A DNA stretch of 63,227 nucleotides, filler included. It is 9 parts of 9 records of this genome, joined end to end, with 100 filler letters (N's around TTAATTAATTAA, not from the genome) between each part and the next. Parts side by side here need not be neighbours in the genome. Positions count along the whole stretch, not along the records: positions 58,081 to 63,227 come from SRR31147125_30257; 8 more parts are not named here. The stretch is one strand, 5' to 3'. The notes under the pieces were generated by a model that searched no databases, was not told the origin of the DNA, and worked only from the letters and a program-made list of their open reading frames with translations. Both the position numbers and the translations under genes were made by a program. This document shows, in pieces, positions 63,127 through 63,227 of the stretch; the stretch's first letter is position 1; each line of letters opens with the position of its first letter.

Positions 63127-63227
63127 CTTATTCTCCCCTGTTAGCAAGATTTCTTTGAATTATTTTATTTCTTATAAATCAAGACTTAATTTCATTAAAA
63201 AAGGGGTGTCCCAGATTAGCGCAAACG

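Noticed and set aside
1..63227. CRISPR array, tRNA, rRNA, prophage or known defence genes
   Set aside because: No regularly spaced repeats, cloverleaf-like segments or cas, phage or defence motifs were seen by eye; a covariance-model search would be needed to exclude small RNAs.

Overview
The window is not one locus. It holds nine unrelated contigs joined by eight 100-nt artificial spacers (N44-TTAATTAATTAA-N44), so no neighbourhood inference is valid across a spacer. Taxon labels are inferred from gene content and composition. (1) 1-6438, GC-rich, sulfate-reducer-like: CCG-domain protein, divergent metF paralogue, tandem hdrA, mvhD, metV, metF. (2) 6539-11671: PAS histidine kinase, then an operon of SBP-vWA lipoprotein, XpaC, second SBP and probable telA start. 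(3) 11772-17573: Tat 4Fe-4S protein, DUF3568 lipoprotein, large TPR protein, EamA. (4) 17674-24003, Firmicute-like: ABC transporter with phnW-phnX-pbfA. (5) 24104-33065, spirochaete-like: IS3 element inside a decayed GH78 gene, YesM/YesN-type two-component system, sugar ABC transporter. (6) 33166-44858, Bacteroidota: three sulfatases, GH3, GH29, O-acetylesterase. (7) 44959-50385: bshB1, LEA_2 lipoprotein, deoC, phosphohexomutase, hydrolase, GAF/fRMsr. (8) 50486-57980: SusC/SusD, Cys-rich protein, GH127. (9) 58081-63227, clostridial: TRAP end, URO-D-like protein, AraC regulators, kduI. About a dozen genes carry 1-2 nt indels, mostly at homopolymer runs, best read as sequencing errors. Best leads: DeoC with a microcompartment-type encapsulation peptide, the SBP-vWA/XpaC/SBP/TelA operon, the Hdr-linked MetVF cluster with an active-site-altered second MetF, and a Cys-rich pseudo-receiver AraC regulator. 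I saw no CRISPR array, rRNA or tRNA. All family calls are by eye, without database searches.
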